A stretch of DNA of 64,000 nucleotides from Candidatus Latescibacterota bacterium (GTDB lineage Bacteria; Latescibacterota; UBA2968; UBA8231): the NCBI GenBank assembly GCA_965206595.1, contig OZ242214.1, positions 2,400,001 to 2,464,000 on the forward strand, given 5' to 3'. The notes beneath the pieces are model-generated. The model did no database searches and was not told the DNA's origin. It worked only from the letters and a program-made list of their open reading frames with translations. This document shows, one piece after another, positions 50,165-61,057 of this stretch. Positions within the stretch are counted from its first letter, which is position 1. Each line of letters starts with the position of its first letter. The position numbers and the translations under genes are program-made.

Positions 50165-50881
50165 TCATTCCAGTCCGAAAAGGCGCCGGCGCTCCGGCGT
50201 CTTCAGCTTGCCGGCAAGCCCGGCGAAGGCATCGGAGGCGGCCTGTTCCGGGGCGCGCTCGTGGAAGCCCATGATGATCGACTTGCGCGGCGCGCCGGTG
50301 GTGTTGTCCATGGCGGTGTGCAGGCCCCGGTTGTCGAAGAGAACGGCGGTGCCCGCCTTCCCGGTGAAGCAGACGTGCCCCGGCATGGCGTCGTTGCGCC
50401 CGGGGCGGTACCAGGTTCCCGGGGCGGCGAGGTGGCTTCCGGGCACGTAGGCGAACTCCCCTCCCGCGGCAGGCACGTCGTTGACGTAGAGCTGCATCTT
50501 CACCCTGCGCACCCCGTCGTCGTCCCGGTCCGGGTGCCAGCCGGTATAGCTGACCGGCCAGCAGGGCACGGTGCGCACCTGCGGGATGGCCGACAGCACC
50601 GGGTCCCCGCCGCAGAACTCCGCCACCAGCGGGCAGTAGCCCGGGTGGTCGACCAGGTCGATGAAGGCGTCGTCCCTGGCGAACGGATCCGGCACGTCGT
50701 ACCAGGTCGGGGAGGCCTCCCCCCGTTCGATCGCTTCGACCCACTCCTCCCGGCAGGCGTCGGCCCAGTAGTCGAAAGCGGACTGCAGCCGTTGCAGCTG
50801 CTCTCCGGCGATCGCCCCGTCGATACGGACGTACCCCTCCTGCTCCCACTGCCTCCGCTGTTCCTCGGTTGCTCCTGCCAT
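50165..50881 (-). CDS. PhyH-family dioxygenase
   Basis: WHPD, VPGSH, KAGTAVLFD..LH. Confidence 0.88.
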   Translation of the reverse strand: MAGATEEQRRQWEQEGYVRIDGAIAGEQLQRLQSAFDYWADACREEWVEAIERGEASPTWYDVPDPFARDDAFIDLVDHPGYCPLVAEFCGGDPVLSAIPQVRTVPCWPVSYTGWHPDRDDDGVRRVKMQLYVNDVPAAGGEFAYVPGSHLAAPGTWYRPGRNDAMPGHVCFTGKAGTAVLFDNRGLHTAMDNTTGAPRKSIIMGFHERAPEQAASDAFAGLAGKLKTPERRRLFGLE

Positions 50882-51257
50882 TCCGTGTCAATCTCCCTTT
50901 CGCTTTGCCGCCCCCGGGCCCCGGGCACTCGATCCGCCTGCCGGGGGGCACCGGATCATCCGGGTTCGTTCCGGGGCTGCTTCGAGCCATCCTGGCCCTC
51001 GGTGAGCCTCCGACCCAAACCCCTCGCCAGCCCCGATTCGCCTCAAGTCCGGCTCGAATCGACCGGCCGAGGCGAATTCCGGCGGGCCGGTAAACGGCCG
51101 GTCGAAGCGGCTGTTTCTACGGCGAAGAGGCCCTACCGGGGCGGGAGATATAGGTCTATTTTCCCGGCACCGGCAAGAACACGCAGCCCTGAAAACCACC
51201 GCGCATCCGAAACCGCGATCCTCCCGCAACACCCCGCGGCATTCCCCGGACCACCCC

Positions 51258-52103
51258 ATGGCGATCCGAACCCACGACTGCAGACCGACCCTCAACGACG
51301 AGCAGGTCCTCGACTTCTGCCGCAAGGGATACCTCGTCCTCGAAGCGGTCGTCCCGGACGACGTCAACGAGAAGTCCTGCGAGCTGATGGACCGCATCGC
51401 CCGCGAGCGCCTGCCGCACGAGACCATCCTCGAGCAGGACTGGTTCGTCGACGGCGTTCTGCTCGAGCCGGCCGCGGCCGGGGCCGTGCGCTCCCTGCTC
51501 GGCCGCAACTTCCGCATCACCATGCCGTTCCTGCACAACCACCGCACCGAGGAGGCGAACCCGAAACCCCAGGCCTGGCACCGCGACGGCGGCTCCAAGC
51601 ACACCCACGAGCTCGACTCCCTGCAGGTGTTCTACTACCCGCAGGACGTCCCCGAAGAGCTCGGACCGACCGACATCCTGCCGGGCTCCCATCTCCTCTA
51701 CGCCGCCAGCCAGTTCATGCAGCACTACCGCAGCTTGCGCGGCGCCGTTTCCACCGCGGCCCCGGCGGGCAGCATCTTCCTGACCGCCTACAACGTCTGG
51801 CACCGCCGCTCGACGTCGACCGCGTCCGGGCCGCGCAACCTGCTGAAATACTGGTACGTCCGCACCTGCCCGCCGCGGCGCGACTGGATCGTGCAGCCCG
51901 ACTTCCCGCTGATGCACGCCTACCACCCGCCCGACGAGTGGTGCGACCACCGCGAGAGCCACCGCGCCCGCGACGACCACGCCGGCATGTTCTTCTGGCT
52001 GTGCGGGGAGTACGACAAGTACCTCGCCGAACGGAACAACCTGCCGGTCTACTACTACGAGAACGACAGGCCGTGCAACTACTGCGGCGGCGTGGTGAGT
52101 TGA
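51258..52103 (+). CDS. PhyH-family dioxygenase
   Basis: WHRD, GPTDILPGSH, PAGSIFL..WH. Confidence 0.88.
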   Translation: MAIRTHDCRPTLNDEQVLDFCRKGYLVLEAVVPDDVNEKSCELMDRIARERLPHETILEQDWFVDGVLLEPAAAGAVRSLLGRNFRITMPFLHNHRTEEANPKPQAWHRDGGSKHTHELDSLQVFYYPQDVPEELGPTDILPGSHLLYAASQFMQHYRSLRGAVSTAAPAGSIFLTAYNVWHRRSTSTASGPRNLLKYWYVRTCPPRRDWIVQPDFPLMHAYHPPDEWCDHRESHRARDDHAGMFFWLCGEYDKYLAERNNLPVYYYENDRPCNYCGGVVS

Positions 52104-52206
52104 TTCATATCGATTGACCGGCCTCGCCGGGCCCTTCGACGGCCATCGGCGAGCGCGAGGCCGGGCTTGCCCGGTCCCCTTTCAGGCCATCACAGGAGAG
52201 GAATCC

Positions 52207-54084
52207 TTGGCGACCTTCACGAGCACGAAACGAACGACGCCGCCGGTATGGGCGGTTCTCGAACGGCAGCTGATCGACGCCCTCAACCAGGCGGCGCCGG
52301 TCTACATCGACAAGTACACGCGCACCGGCGGCTCCCTCGTCTGGACCGAGCAGTACCCCGGAGACGGGGTCTGGGTCGACGATCTCTACGAGGCCTTCTT
52401 CAACTGGCCCCTGCTCTACGCCCTCGGGGGAAGCGAGTACATCGGCGAGAAGGCGGTCGACCAGTGGAACGCCGTGACCCGCCAGATCACCTACGACTAC
52501 GGCCGCATCGCCAGGGAGTTCGTCTGCGACGACGACTGGTTCCACAGCAGCGAGAACTACGTCTACTTCTACGCCATCGGCCTCGCCGACCCGGCCAACG
52601 CCGAGATGATGCGCCGGGCGCGGCGCTTCTCCGGCTTCTACATGGCCGAAGACCCCGAGGTGCCCAACTACGACCCGGAGCACCGCATCGTCCGCTCGCC
52701 GTTCAGCGGCAGCGCCGGCCCGATGTTCCACGCCCGCTGGGACGACGTGCAGTACAACATCGAGCACGGCCACGTAAAGCTTTCCCCGACCTTCGAGATC
52801 CCTCCCGAGTGGATGGAGCGCCGGTCGACCCCGGGCGAGCGGGAATCGCACCGCAGCCAAGGGGGCGACGCCGGCCTCTGGTTCGAGGATCCCGCCAAGC
52901 GGGAGCGAATCCATGCGATGTTCGACAAGATCGTCATGGAGGGAGACGTGCCGGTGAACCTCGGCGTCGTCGGCCTCGTCGCCCACACCTACACCCTGAC
53001 CGGCGACGACAAGTACCGCACCTGGATCGCCGACTACGTCGAGGCCTGGATGGAGCGGATCGAGCGGAACGGGGGGATCATTCCCGACAACGTCGGCCTC
53101 AACGGCGGCATCGGCGAGAACCGGCAGGGGCAGTGGTGGGGCGGCTTCTACGGCTGGGCGGCGTCCTCCTCCTACCAGATGATGTTCAACGCCATGACCG
53201 TGGCCTCGACCTGCGCCCACCTGGTCACCGGCGACAAGGGCTACCTCGACCTCGCCCGCTCGCAGTTCGACATGCTCCTCGAGCGCGCCGTCGAAAGGGA
53301 CGGGCGCGTGCTCATCCCCTACCGCCACAACGAGGAGGGCTGGATCGGCCACGCGCCGATGGGGCACCAGCAGCCGATTCAGCTGTGGTTCGCCTCGCAG
53401 GAGGAGAGGGACTGGCAGCGCCTCGAAACGATCCGCAGGGGGGCGGAGGAGGAGTGGGGCAGCGTGCGCCAGAACGACCCGCGCGGCGGCGACGACCGCG
53501 CCTGGACCCGCTACCTCGCCGGCGACTGCCCCGGCTTCCCCGAGGCGGTGCTGCAGGCCAACTACCGGGAGATGATGCGGCGCATGGACCTGATCGAAAG
53601 CGACGACGCCGACCTCACCGACCTGTCGCAGACCGACGAGCACCACTGGCTGCAGCGCAACCCGGTGGTCACCGAGGCGCTGCAGCTGCTGACCACCGGC
53701 GGCCCCCAGACCAACTACTGGGGCGGCCTCGCACGCGGCCGCGTGCGCTACTTCGACCGCGGCAGGCAGCGTCCCGGCCTGCCCGACGACGTCGCCGCCC
53801 TGGTGTCGGCGGTGCGGCCGGACGGCATCGACCTCACCCTGGTCAACCTCAGCCCGCACCGGAGCCGCGAGCTCACCGTGCAGGCCGGCGCCTTCGGCGA
53901 GCACCGCTTCAGCACCGCCTCGGAGGGCGGAGATTCCGCGGCGGGGGTCCCCGTCAACGGCAGGCATTTCGACGTCGAGCTGCGGCCCGGCACCGAGATC
54001 GAGCTCCGGCTCGGCATGGACCTGCACTGCCACCGGCCGGGCTGCGCCTTTCCCTGGCACGGGGACCCCATCCCGTTCCGGTGA
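52207..54084 (+). CDS. Hypothetical ~625-aa protein, possible alpha/alpha-barrel enzyme
   Basis: TTG start after AGGAGAGG; strong GC3 bias; DDLYEAFFNWPL, DWFHSSE, GIIPDNVG. Confidence 0.7.
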   Translation: MATFTSTKRTTPPVWAVLERQLIDALNQAAPVYIDKYTRTGGSLVWTEQYPGDGVWVDDLYEAFFNWPLLYALGGSEYIGEKAVDQWNAVTRQITYDYGRIAREFVCDDDWFHSSENYVYFYAIGLADPANAEMMRRARRFSGFYMAEDPEVPNYDPEHRIVRSPFSGSAGPMFHARWDDVQYNIEHGHVKLSPTFEIPPEWMERRSTPGERESHRSQGGDAGLWFEDPAKRERIHAMFDKIVMEGDVPVNLGVVGLVAHTYTLTGDDKYRTWIADYVEAWMERIERNGGIIPDNVGLNGGIGENRQGQWWGGFYGWAASSSYQMMFNAMTVASTCAHLVTGDKGYLDLARSQFDMLLERAVERDGRVLIPYRHNEEGWIGHAPMGHQQPIQLWFASQEERDWQRLETIRRGAEEEWGSVRQNDPRGGDDRAWTRYLAGDCPGFPEAVLQANYREMMRRMDLIESDDADLTDLSQTDEHHWLQRNPVVTEALQLLTTGGPQTNYWGGLARGRVRYFDRGRQRPGLPDDVAALVSAVRPDGIDLTLVNLSPHRSRELTVQAGAFGEHRFSTASEGGDSAAGVPVNGRHFDVELRPGTEIELRLGMDLHCHRPGCAFPWHGDPIPFR

Positions 54085-54094
54085 AGCGGGGACT

Positions 54095-56362
54095 TCACGG
54101 CGACTGACTCAAAACCCGTTTCACGCGCGCGAGCCGTTCCTTCAAACCGGCGTCCCCCGGCGCTTTTTCCAGGGCGGTGCGGTAGACATCCCGAGCCTCG
54201 GACAAACGTCCACTCTCCTCGAGCACGGATCCCAGTCTTGAGTAGTACTTCACCCCGTTTGAATCCAGCCGGATGGCGGTTCGGTAATAGTCGGCGGCGA
54301 TGTCCCGGTTACCTTCGGTGTAGGAAATATTCCCCAGATAGAAGTGGACCTTCGAGGCGGTCGGTTTCAGCTCGAGGGCCTGTTCTAGCGCCTCCCTGGT
54401 ACCGGCTGGTTCCCCTTGGTGCGCCTCTGCGAGGAATATGAAGGTTTTGTACTGCTCATCCGGATCATTTTCCAACTCTAATGAGAGACGATAAGAAGAA
54501 ACCGCTTTCTCCTGCCGACCTGCTTCATGGTGCAACTTTCCAAGTAGCCGGTAAACTGGACCCGAAGGAAAAGTCTTTACGACCTCGGACAGCCGATCGG
54601 AGGCTGCGTTCCAGACCTTCAGGGCGCGCTCATATTCTCCTTGTTCCGCGTACGCTTCTCCCACTTGGAGCGCAGCTACGGCCCATAAACTTTGGTTCTT
54701 TACATCTTGGTTCAAAATGATAGGCTGGGATTGCTTTGAGAACGCGCTCTCGAATGCGGCCGCGGCCTCCTCGTACAGTCCGGCCTCAATGAGAACCTGC
54801 CCCAGGTGTTTGTAATACCGGACCTTCCTTTTCTGATCCGAGGTCGGTGTCAGCGCAATCGCTTCCTGAAAGAAGCTGGCGGCCATCAGAGGCTCTTTTC
54901 GATGACTCTGATAGTAGAACCCCTGCGTAAATGCGGTGTAGTGGGGCCCTTGGTTGGTGACCGTGACGAGGTTGCCCAGCCGCTCCAGCGCCTTTTCCGG
55001 ATCGCAGTTGATGCCGACCCAGAGGGCGGTATGCATCCCCATGACCGGTACGATCGCTGCGGCCGCCCGCGCGGCGCTGAAACCTCCGGCTTTCGCCATG
55101 CAGGAAAACCCCCAGAGGGCGCAGAACAGCCCGGGGAAGCTCATCAGGTCCCAGTCCCTGCCGCCGAGGTAGGCATCGTGGGCGAACATCAAAACCAGGG
55201 GACCCAGCGCCGACCAGCGCAGGAACCGCACATCCGGATCCGTCTCCCGTCTGGACAGGGTGAACGCTCCTGCCCAGATCAGGCCGAAAGGGGAAACGAG
55301 CAGGGCGGCGTTCAGCAGGAACAGCAGATGGCCGGGGGACAGAAGCCCGTAAGTCCCTTTATCGGTATCGGCGAACAGCGGCAGTGAGTGGGGATAGATC
55401 TTCGAATACAGCACCCATGCGGCGACTATGGCTACAGGTACGGCGATCCGGGGAATCCGCCTGGCGAGGAGAGCTTCGATCCTGGCCGACCTGTGTTTCC
55501 GCCAGACCAGAAAGAGGAAGGAAGGCACCAGACAGAGCGCCATGGCGTGAAGGCTTGCCGAAAGCGCCAGGGCGAGGGCCGGCCAGGCAACGCCACCTCC
55601 CCGCAACGACCGCAGCGCCGCGAGGACGTACCAGCAGGATGCTAGGGTGACGAGGGTGTAGCTCTCTCCGTACCCGAAGAACAGCTGCAGGGAGCCGAGC
55701 GTGATCAGGAACAGGAACAGCGGCATCTGCTCTTCCCGCCGCCGCCCCAGCAGGCACGAGATCTTCCAAAGGCAGACGACGAAGAGAAGGCCCGCGGCGC
55801 AGCTGACCGTCTCGTACGCGTCCTTGGGCTCGAAGCCCGCCAAGGTCGAGCCGATATCGTACACCTTCAGGTGAAGGAAAAAATCAAGGGGCTCGAACAA
55901 CGGGATGAACTCCCATCCTTCCAGTGGGATTCCCCTGATCCAGGCGAGCCGCTGCCGGCCCTCCTCCGTCATGGCATGATCGAGATTATTGAACAACAGA
56001 TCGCTGTCGCCCAGATGGTGGTGCTGGTCCCGGAACCCATAGGCGAGGAGAAGAAACAGGATCAGGCAGAACGCCTTTAACGCGGCGGCTAAGGGAATGG
56101 GGCGCGCCGCTCTCGTGAAGAAGGCTGCGAGGGGTTCGTACAGGCCTGGAACCGCGGCGATCAGAATCGCTGCTGCGGCAATCGACAGGAATACAACGGA
56201 AAACCAGCCGGGGTAGTAGCTGAGTTGATCGACCCCCCAGAAGGTGGCGGGGTATTTCCGGCCGGCAACATGCAGGAGCACGTACCCGGCGCAGGGGGCG
56301 ATCACGAGCGCCCCGAGGGACAACCAGCGGCTACCGCGTTCCGACACCGTCAACGGGGTCAT
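54095..56362 (-). CDS. Multi-TM membrane protein with C-terminal TPR repeats
   Basis: About 12 hydrophobic segments followed by repeated TPR-like helices; start uncertain. Confidence 0.78.
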   Translation of the reverse strand: MTPLTVSERGSRWLSLGALVIAPCAGYVLLHVAGRKYPATFWGVDQLSYYPGWFSVVFLSIAAAAILIAAVPGLYEPLAAFFTRAARPIPLAAALKAFCLILFLLLAYGFRDQHHHLGDSDLLFNNLDHAMTEEGRQRLAWIRGIPLEGWEFIPLFEPLDFFLHLKVYDIGSTLAGFEPKDAYETVSCAAGLLFVVCLWKISCLLGRRREEQMPLFLFLITLGSLQLFFGYGESYTLVTLASCWYVLAALRSLRGGGVAWPALALALSASLHAMALCLVPSFLFLVWRKHRSARIEALLARRIPRIAVPVAIVAAWVLYSKIYPHSLPLFADTDKGTYGLLSPGHLLFLLNAALLVSPFGLIWAGAFTLSRRETDPDVRFLRWSALGPLVLMFAHDAYLGGRDWDLMSFPGLFCALWGFSCMAKAGGFSAARAAAAIVPVMGMHTALWVGINCDPEKALERLGNLVTVTNQGPHYTAFTQGFYYQSHRKEPLMAASFFQEAIALTPTSDQKRKVRYYKHLGQVLIEAGLYEEAAAAFESAFSKQSQPIILNQDVKNQSLWAVAALQVGEAYAEQGEYERALKVWNAASDRLSEVVKTFPSGPVYRLLGKLHHEAGRQEKAVSSYRLSLELENDPDEQYKTFIFLAEAHQGEPAGTREALEQALELKPTASKVHFYLGNISYTEGNRDIAADYYRTAIRLDSNGVKYYSRLGSVLEESGRLSEARDVYRTALEKAPGDAGLKERLARVKRVLSQSP

Positions 56363-57125
56363 CCACGTCGACGACGGCGCGCGCCTCCGGCGACAGCCGC
56401 GCCACCGTCCCGGGGCTGAGCCAGCGGCGCTGGTCGGTCTGCTGCGGGACGCTGCGGCGGCAGTAGTACCCGTGCATGCCCCAGCGCTTGCGGCCGCTGG
56501 CGTTGAACGTCCCCCCGTGCCAGAGGTGTCCGTTGAAGACCACCACCGTCCCGGCCGGCGCCTGCAGCTGCAGCTGCTCAGGGTGAGGGTCCGTGGGATC
56601 TTCCATCGCCTCGGCAGGGGTCTTGCGGCTCAGGTGCGATCCCGGCACCACGCGGGTGGCGCCGTTCTCCGCGGTGAAGTCCGTCAGCAGCCAGACCGAG
56701 TTGCAGACCTGGAACTCCCCCGGTTCGACCCCCGTTCCCCAGTCGGCGTGCAGGCCCTGCAGCCCCTGCCCCGGGTGGGATGCCCGGGCATTGAGGGAGG
56801 ACAGCCTGAGATCGTCGCCGATGACGTGACGGACCGCCGCCAGCAACCTGCGGTCGGTGACGCATTTCTCGAACAGCGGGTCCTTGTCGATCAGGTTGGA
56901 CAGACGCGTGGTGCCCTCCTCCTGGTGCACCTCCTTGCCGGCCTCCTCCCCCTCCTCTTCGGCTAGCTCCTCGAGGCGGGCGGCGAAGGCAGCCACCTCG
57001 GCCGGGGTCAGTAGGTCGGCGAGCGGCAGGTACCCCTGCTCATCGAGGAGGGCCTTCTCCTCCTTCGAAAGCACGCCGTCGTGCACCCCGAGGCTGGCGA
57101 GGGCTTCCCGGATCTCCATGGTCAT
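56331..57125 (-). CDS. PhyH-family dioxygenase
   Basis: LHADW, NGATRVVPGSH, PAGTVVVFNGHLWHGG. Confidence 0.92.
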   Translation of the reverse strand: MTMEIREALASLGVHDGVLSKEEKALLDEQGYLPLADLLTPAEVAAFAARLEELAEEEGEEAGKEVHQEEGTTRLSNLIDKDPLFEKCVTDRRLLAAVRHVIGDDLRLSSLNARASHPGQGLQGLHADWGTGVEPGEFQVCNSVWLLTDFTAENGATRVVPGSHLSRKTPAEAMEDPTDPHPEQLQLQAPAGTVVVFNGHLWHGGTFNASGRKRWGMHGYYCRRSVPQQTDQRRWLSPGTVARLSPEARAVVDVDDPVDGVGTR

Positions 57126-57154
57126 TTCCGCCTGACTCCCCGGGGCTTACGCGG

Positions 57155-58060
57155 TCACGACATCCACGGGTACATCTCCCCGGCGAACGGGGCCGGCTCC
57201 TGCGGCCGCGGGTATCCGACCTTTTTCGGGTGCTTCTCCAGCGCCTCTTCCCAGGCCGCGGCCCACTCCTCGTAGGCAGTCAGCGCCCCGGGGTTCTCGC
57301 GGCTTCTCGCCACCATGCCCGGCCATTCCGGTCTCGGGGAGGGGGTGCCGAGCCGCTGGTAGCGCAGGTCCATGCTCCAGCGGATGCCGCCGGTCGCGTT
57401 GGGCCCGGAGCCGTGCGGGCAGAGCTTGTGGATGAAGATCACGTCCCCCTTCCGCATCGGCACGGTCGCCTCCTCGTACTCGGGGAGCGAGCCGCCCCAG
57501 TACACGATTCCGCTCCTGTGCACCCCCGGCCCGACCTGCAGGCAGCCGTTCTCCGCGGTGGCCTCGTTCAGCGGCAACCAGACCGTCAGCACGAAGAGGT
57601 CCCGCGCCTCGGGAGTGGTGAAGATCGCGTCCTGGTGCCGGCCGGCGATGTTGGAATCCCTGTTCCGCGATTCGTCCGAGGGTAGCTTGGCGCGGATGTG
57701 GGAGATGGAGTTGCAGGCGATCTCCGGCCCGACGAACCCCTCGACCAGGTCGAGGAGATTCCGGTTGCGCATGAACTCGAAGGTCCCCCGCCGGCGCGCC
57801 TGGCCGATGTCGAGGAACTCGTCCGAATCGAAGTAGGTCCCCTCGTCCTCGTCGCAGATGCGCGCCAGCCGCGTGTCGAACGGCTCCTCTTCGTACAGGC
57901 GGGAGATCCGTCCCTCGGCGTGCAGCTTCTTCGCCAGCTCGTCGACGATGGCGGAGTAGTCGTCGATCACCGGCTGCAGGTCGCCGTCGGTCAGCGCCCC
58001 CTCGACGACGACGTATCCCTGGTCGACGAACTGCTCCCGGTGTCGTTCGCTCAGTTTCAT
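57155..58060 (-). CDS. PhyH-family dioxygenase
   Basis: HQD, TVWLPL, ENGCLQV, KGDVIF..PHGSGPN..RWSMDLRY. Confidence 0.92.
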   Translation of the reverse strand: MKLSERHREQFVDQGYVVVEGALTDGDLQPVIDDYSAIVDELAKKLHAEGRISRLYEEEPFDTRLARICDEDEGTYFDSDEFLDIGQARRRGTFEFMRNRNLLDLVEGFVGPEIACNSISHIRAKLPSDESRNRDSNIAGRHQDAIFTTPEARDLFVLTVWLPLNEATAENGCLQVGPGVHRSGIVYWGGSLPEYEEATVPMRKGDVIFIHKLCPHGSGPNATGGIRWSMDLRYQRLGTPSPRPEWPGMVARSRENPGALTAYEEWAAAWEEALEKHPKKVGYPRPQEPAPFAGEMYPWMS

Positions 58061-58766
58061 GTTCGCTCTCCATGTGCCCTTCGGCTCGAGTATCCACGCC
58101 TGCCATCCTCAACAGCGGATAAAACCCATCTTCAGGAACGGAAATAAGGGTTTTCAAGGGCCCGAACCGCAAGGTGGCTGCCCGGCAGTATCGGGTGAGA
58201 TGGGGCGGTGCGGAACGCGGATGGGCAGGTCTCCTGGAGACACTGCTCCCAACTCCGCCTGGCCTCATCTGGACCGTGCCCGCGCCGACCGGACACTGGC
58301 TGCAGAATCGGCTTGCTGTTCGGATGCGGGTCCAGCGGCTCTGCCGTAGAGTAACCTCGCGAACCTCCGTGGCCGCCGTTCCCCCCCGGTGCCGGAGAAT
58401 CGCCCCCGGGCGCGGCTCGAGAGAGGGATGCGACGGCTGCGTGCCCCGGTGAAACGGACGATCCGCCTTGAGCGCGGGCGGCCCATGGTCTTATATCCTC
58501 GCCGGTGAAACAGCCTGGCCTACTAGTGCCTGCGCCCGCAGGCATTCACTGTGCGCCCTGGATCCACAGTGATTTCCGCCCACCAGTCAGCAGGTCCTAT
58601 GGACCCCCAACCGCTCAACGATTTCGGACCGGAATTCAACCCTTCTACGACGCCGCAATCGCGTGGGAGTGTGAGCAGCCTCTCCGGCTGCGAGCCAGGC
58701 CGGTGCGCCTGCGGATCGCAGGTGAATCGATGAAGCCGTACCCTCCTCAGTCCGCCGGCGCCTGAC

Positions 58767-60440
58767 ATGCCCGGCAACCCCCTCCCCTACCGATGGCCGC
58801 CGCGGATCATCTTCAATACCGACGGCTGCCTGGTCTTCAAGTACCTCAAACGCCGCAATCCCGACGACGTGACGGCCATGATGGCGCCGCTGGCGGACAC
58901 CGCCGTCGACGTCGTCTGCGTGCTCGTCGGCATCAACGACGACCTGAGCTGGCGGGGCAGCCCGCACGGCGAGCTGTGGGGGGAAACCATGGGCGCGCCG
59001 TCCGAGGGGATGGCCCCCAGCGATCTCCTGCAGCAGAACCTCGCCGCCCTGGTGGAGGACGGGCACGACGTTTTCCAGCTGTACGTCGATCGCGCCCGCC
59101 GGTCGGGCCTGGGCATCTTCGCTTCCTTCCGCATGAACGACGCCCACCGCAACATGGAGCACCGCATCGCGGACGCGCGCCGCTCCGCCCTGATGCTGAA
59201 GCGCCCGGATCTGCTGATCGCCTCGCCGGCGCCCGGCGGCGCGACGGGGTACGCAGAGGACTTCAACTTCTGCTGGCAATGGGATTACGCCCAGCCCGAG
59301 GTGCGCGGCCGTTTCCTCGGTCTGTTCGACGAAACCCTGGGGCGCTACGATGTCGACGGGCTGGAGCTGGATTTCTGCCGAACCTCCCCATTCTTCAAAC
59401 CGCACCAGGGATACAAACAGACCGCCGCGATGACGGAGTTCATGCGTCAGGCGCGCGAGATCGTGCGCAGCCGCGCAGCCGGGAAGGGCAGAGAGGTGAA
59501 GCTTTGCTGCCGCGTCCCCTGCAGCTTCGACGCCTGCCTGGAGCTGGGACTCGATGCGGAAACCTGGCTCGAGAACGGCCTGGTGGATATCGCGGTGGTT
59601 TCCTCGTCCGGAGGCTGGCAGCTGGAAATGGATGTGGAGCGAGCCGTGACCGCGGCGGGGAAGAGCGGAGCCCTCGTGTACGTCGGGTCGGCCGGGACGT
59701 ACAAAGCGTCGCCGCAGGAGGGCTACGAGAGCGGCCAGCCTTCGCTGCGGCGCGCCATCGCCCTCAACGGTTATCGGCAGGGAGCCGCCGGCATCCATCT
59801 CTTCAACCACGACTACGCCAACCATCGCGCGCAGCCGGTGGCGGAGGGGGACGCGAGCGACATGCCCCCGGTCGCATCACCGCCGCTCTACAGTGGGCTG
59901 CAGGCTTCGTTCGATTCGGACCGGTTTACGAGGAAGGACCTGCAGACTCTGTGCGATCTGGGCGATCCGCAAGCCCTGGCGCGGCTCGATCGCTGTTACC
60001 ACCTGAACGACAGTTCCTACCTGGGCGACTTTCGACCGCAACTGCCGCGCAGGCTGGCCCTCACCGGGCGCGGGGCAGGTCCGGCCCACGCCCTGCGGCT
60101 TCCCATCGAGGACGACATCCACGGCGGACGGGCTGACGGGCGCATCGTCGGGACGGAGCTGCGCCTTCGCCTCACCGGGCACGAGCCGTGCCTGCGGCGG
60201 ATTCGCTGCGAGGTGAACGGACGGCGCGTCGACCTGCTGTCGGCGTGGAAAGTGCGGAACTCGCTGGACGAGGAATGGCTGGCGGTGGACGACCCCCCGC
60301 TGCGCCTCGGTGAAAACCGGGTTCTGGTGGTGATCGAGGGGTTCGACCTGCCGGAAGGGTACGAGCCGAAGGGGCCGGGACCGGGAGCGGGTTGGCCGAC
60401 CTTGCATCAGTGTGAACTGCTGGTCAGGTGCGCTGACTAG
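58767..60440 (+). CDS. Putative TIM-barrel glycoside hydrolase-like protein (GHL10-like)
   Basis: IIFNTDG, FASFRMNDAH, WDYAQPEVR, YDVDGLELDFCR. Confidence 0.65.
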   Translation: MPGNPLPYRWPPRIIFNTDGCLVFKYLKRRNPDDVTAMMAPLADTAVDVVCVLVGINDDLSWRGSPHGELWGETMGAPSEGMAPSDLLQQNLAALVEDGHDVFQLYVDRARRSGLGIFASFRMNDAHRNMEHRIADARRSALMLKRPDLLIASPAPGGATGYAEDFNFCWQWDYAQPEVRGRFLGLFDETLGRYDVDGLELDFCRTSPFFKPHQGYKQTAAMTEFMRQAREIVRSRAAGKGREVKLCCRVPCSFDACLELGLDAETWLENGLVDIAVVSSSGGWQLEMDVERAVTAAGKSGALVYVGSAGTYKASPQEGYESGQPSLRRAIALNGYRQGAAGIHLFNHDYANHRAQPVAEGDASDMPPVASPPLYSGLQASFDSDRFTRKDLQTLCDLGDPQALARLDRCYHLNDSSYLGDFRPQLPRRLALTGRGAGPAHALRLPIEDDIHGGRADGRIVGTELRLRLTGHEPCLRRIRCEVNGRRVDLLSAWKVRNSLDEEWLAVDDPPLRLGENRVLVVIEGFDLPEGYEPKGPGPGAGWPTLHQCELLVRCAD

Positions 60441-60646
60441 AGCGGGTGCGCAGGAATCGTCGTCTACGGCTGGTATCGGCGTTGCCGGCCGGCCGCCGGG
60501 GCAGCGCCGAGCAACCGCAGACGGAGCCCACGCGCAGCTGACGACGCCGATCTCGGGGAATTTCCCCCGCAACCGATTCCGATCCACCTTATCCGCGGTT
60601 TTCGCCAAGCCCACCTGTCACCTCAACCCACCGGAAACTTTCATCC

Positions 60647-61057
60647 ATGTCCGAAGTCACCGATCAGACCATCCAGGAGGGGTTCGAACAGTTCGCCAGG
60701 ATGGCGGGCGAGGAACGTGCCTCGCAGCTGCGCGAAGCCTGGCACCGCATCTCGCCGGACTTCGAACATTTCGTCCTCGGCGCTCTGGGAGGCCAGGTCT
60801 GGACCCGGCCCGGCCTCGACCCGCGCACCCGCAGCCTGGTCACGATCTCGGCGCTGGCCGCTCTCAATCGCCCGCGCGCGCTGAGCCTGAACATCGAGAT
60901 GGCCCTCGGCAACGGCGCCACCCGCGAGGAGATTCGCGAGACCCTGTTGCAGATGGCCTTTTACGCTGGTTTCCCGGTCGCCTGGGAGGGACTCGCCGCA
61001 GCCGACGAGGTCTTCAGGCAGCTCGACGCCAACTGTTCGGGAACGGCACCCATCTGA
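60647..61057 (+). CDS. Carboxymuconolactone decarboxylase family protein
   Basis: VWTRPGLDPRTRSLVTISAL..ALGNGATREEI..YAGFP. Confidence 0.9.
   Translation: MSEVTDQTIQEGFEQFARMAGEERASQLREAWHRISPDFEHFVLGALGGQVWTRPGLDPRTRSLVTISALAALNRPRALSLNIEMALGNGATREEIRETLLQMAFYAGFPVAWEGLAAADEVFRQLDANCSGTAPI

Noticed and set aside
58100-58760. Long GC-rich intergenic regions (also ~11900-12400, 31400-31900, 50900-51250) as ncRNA or MITE
   Set aside because: I could not identify a repeat family, riboswitch or tRNA fold by eye; an Rfam or self-BLAST search would be needed.
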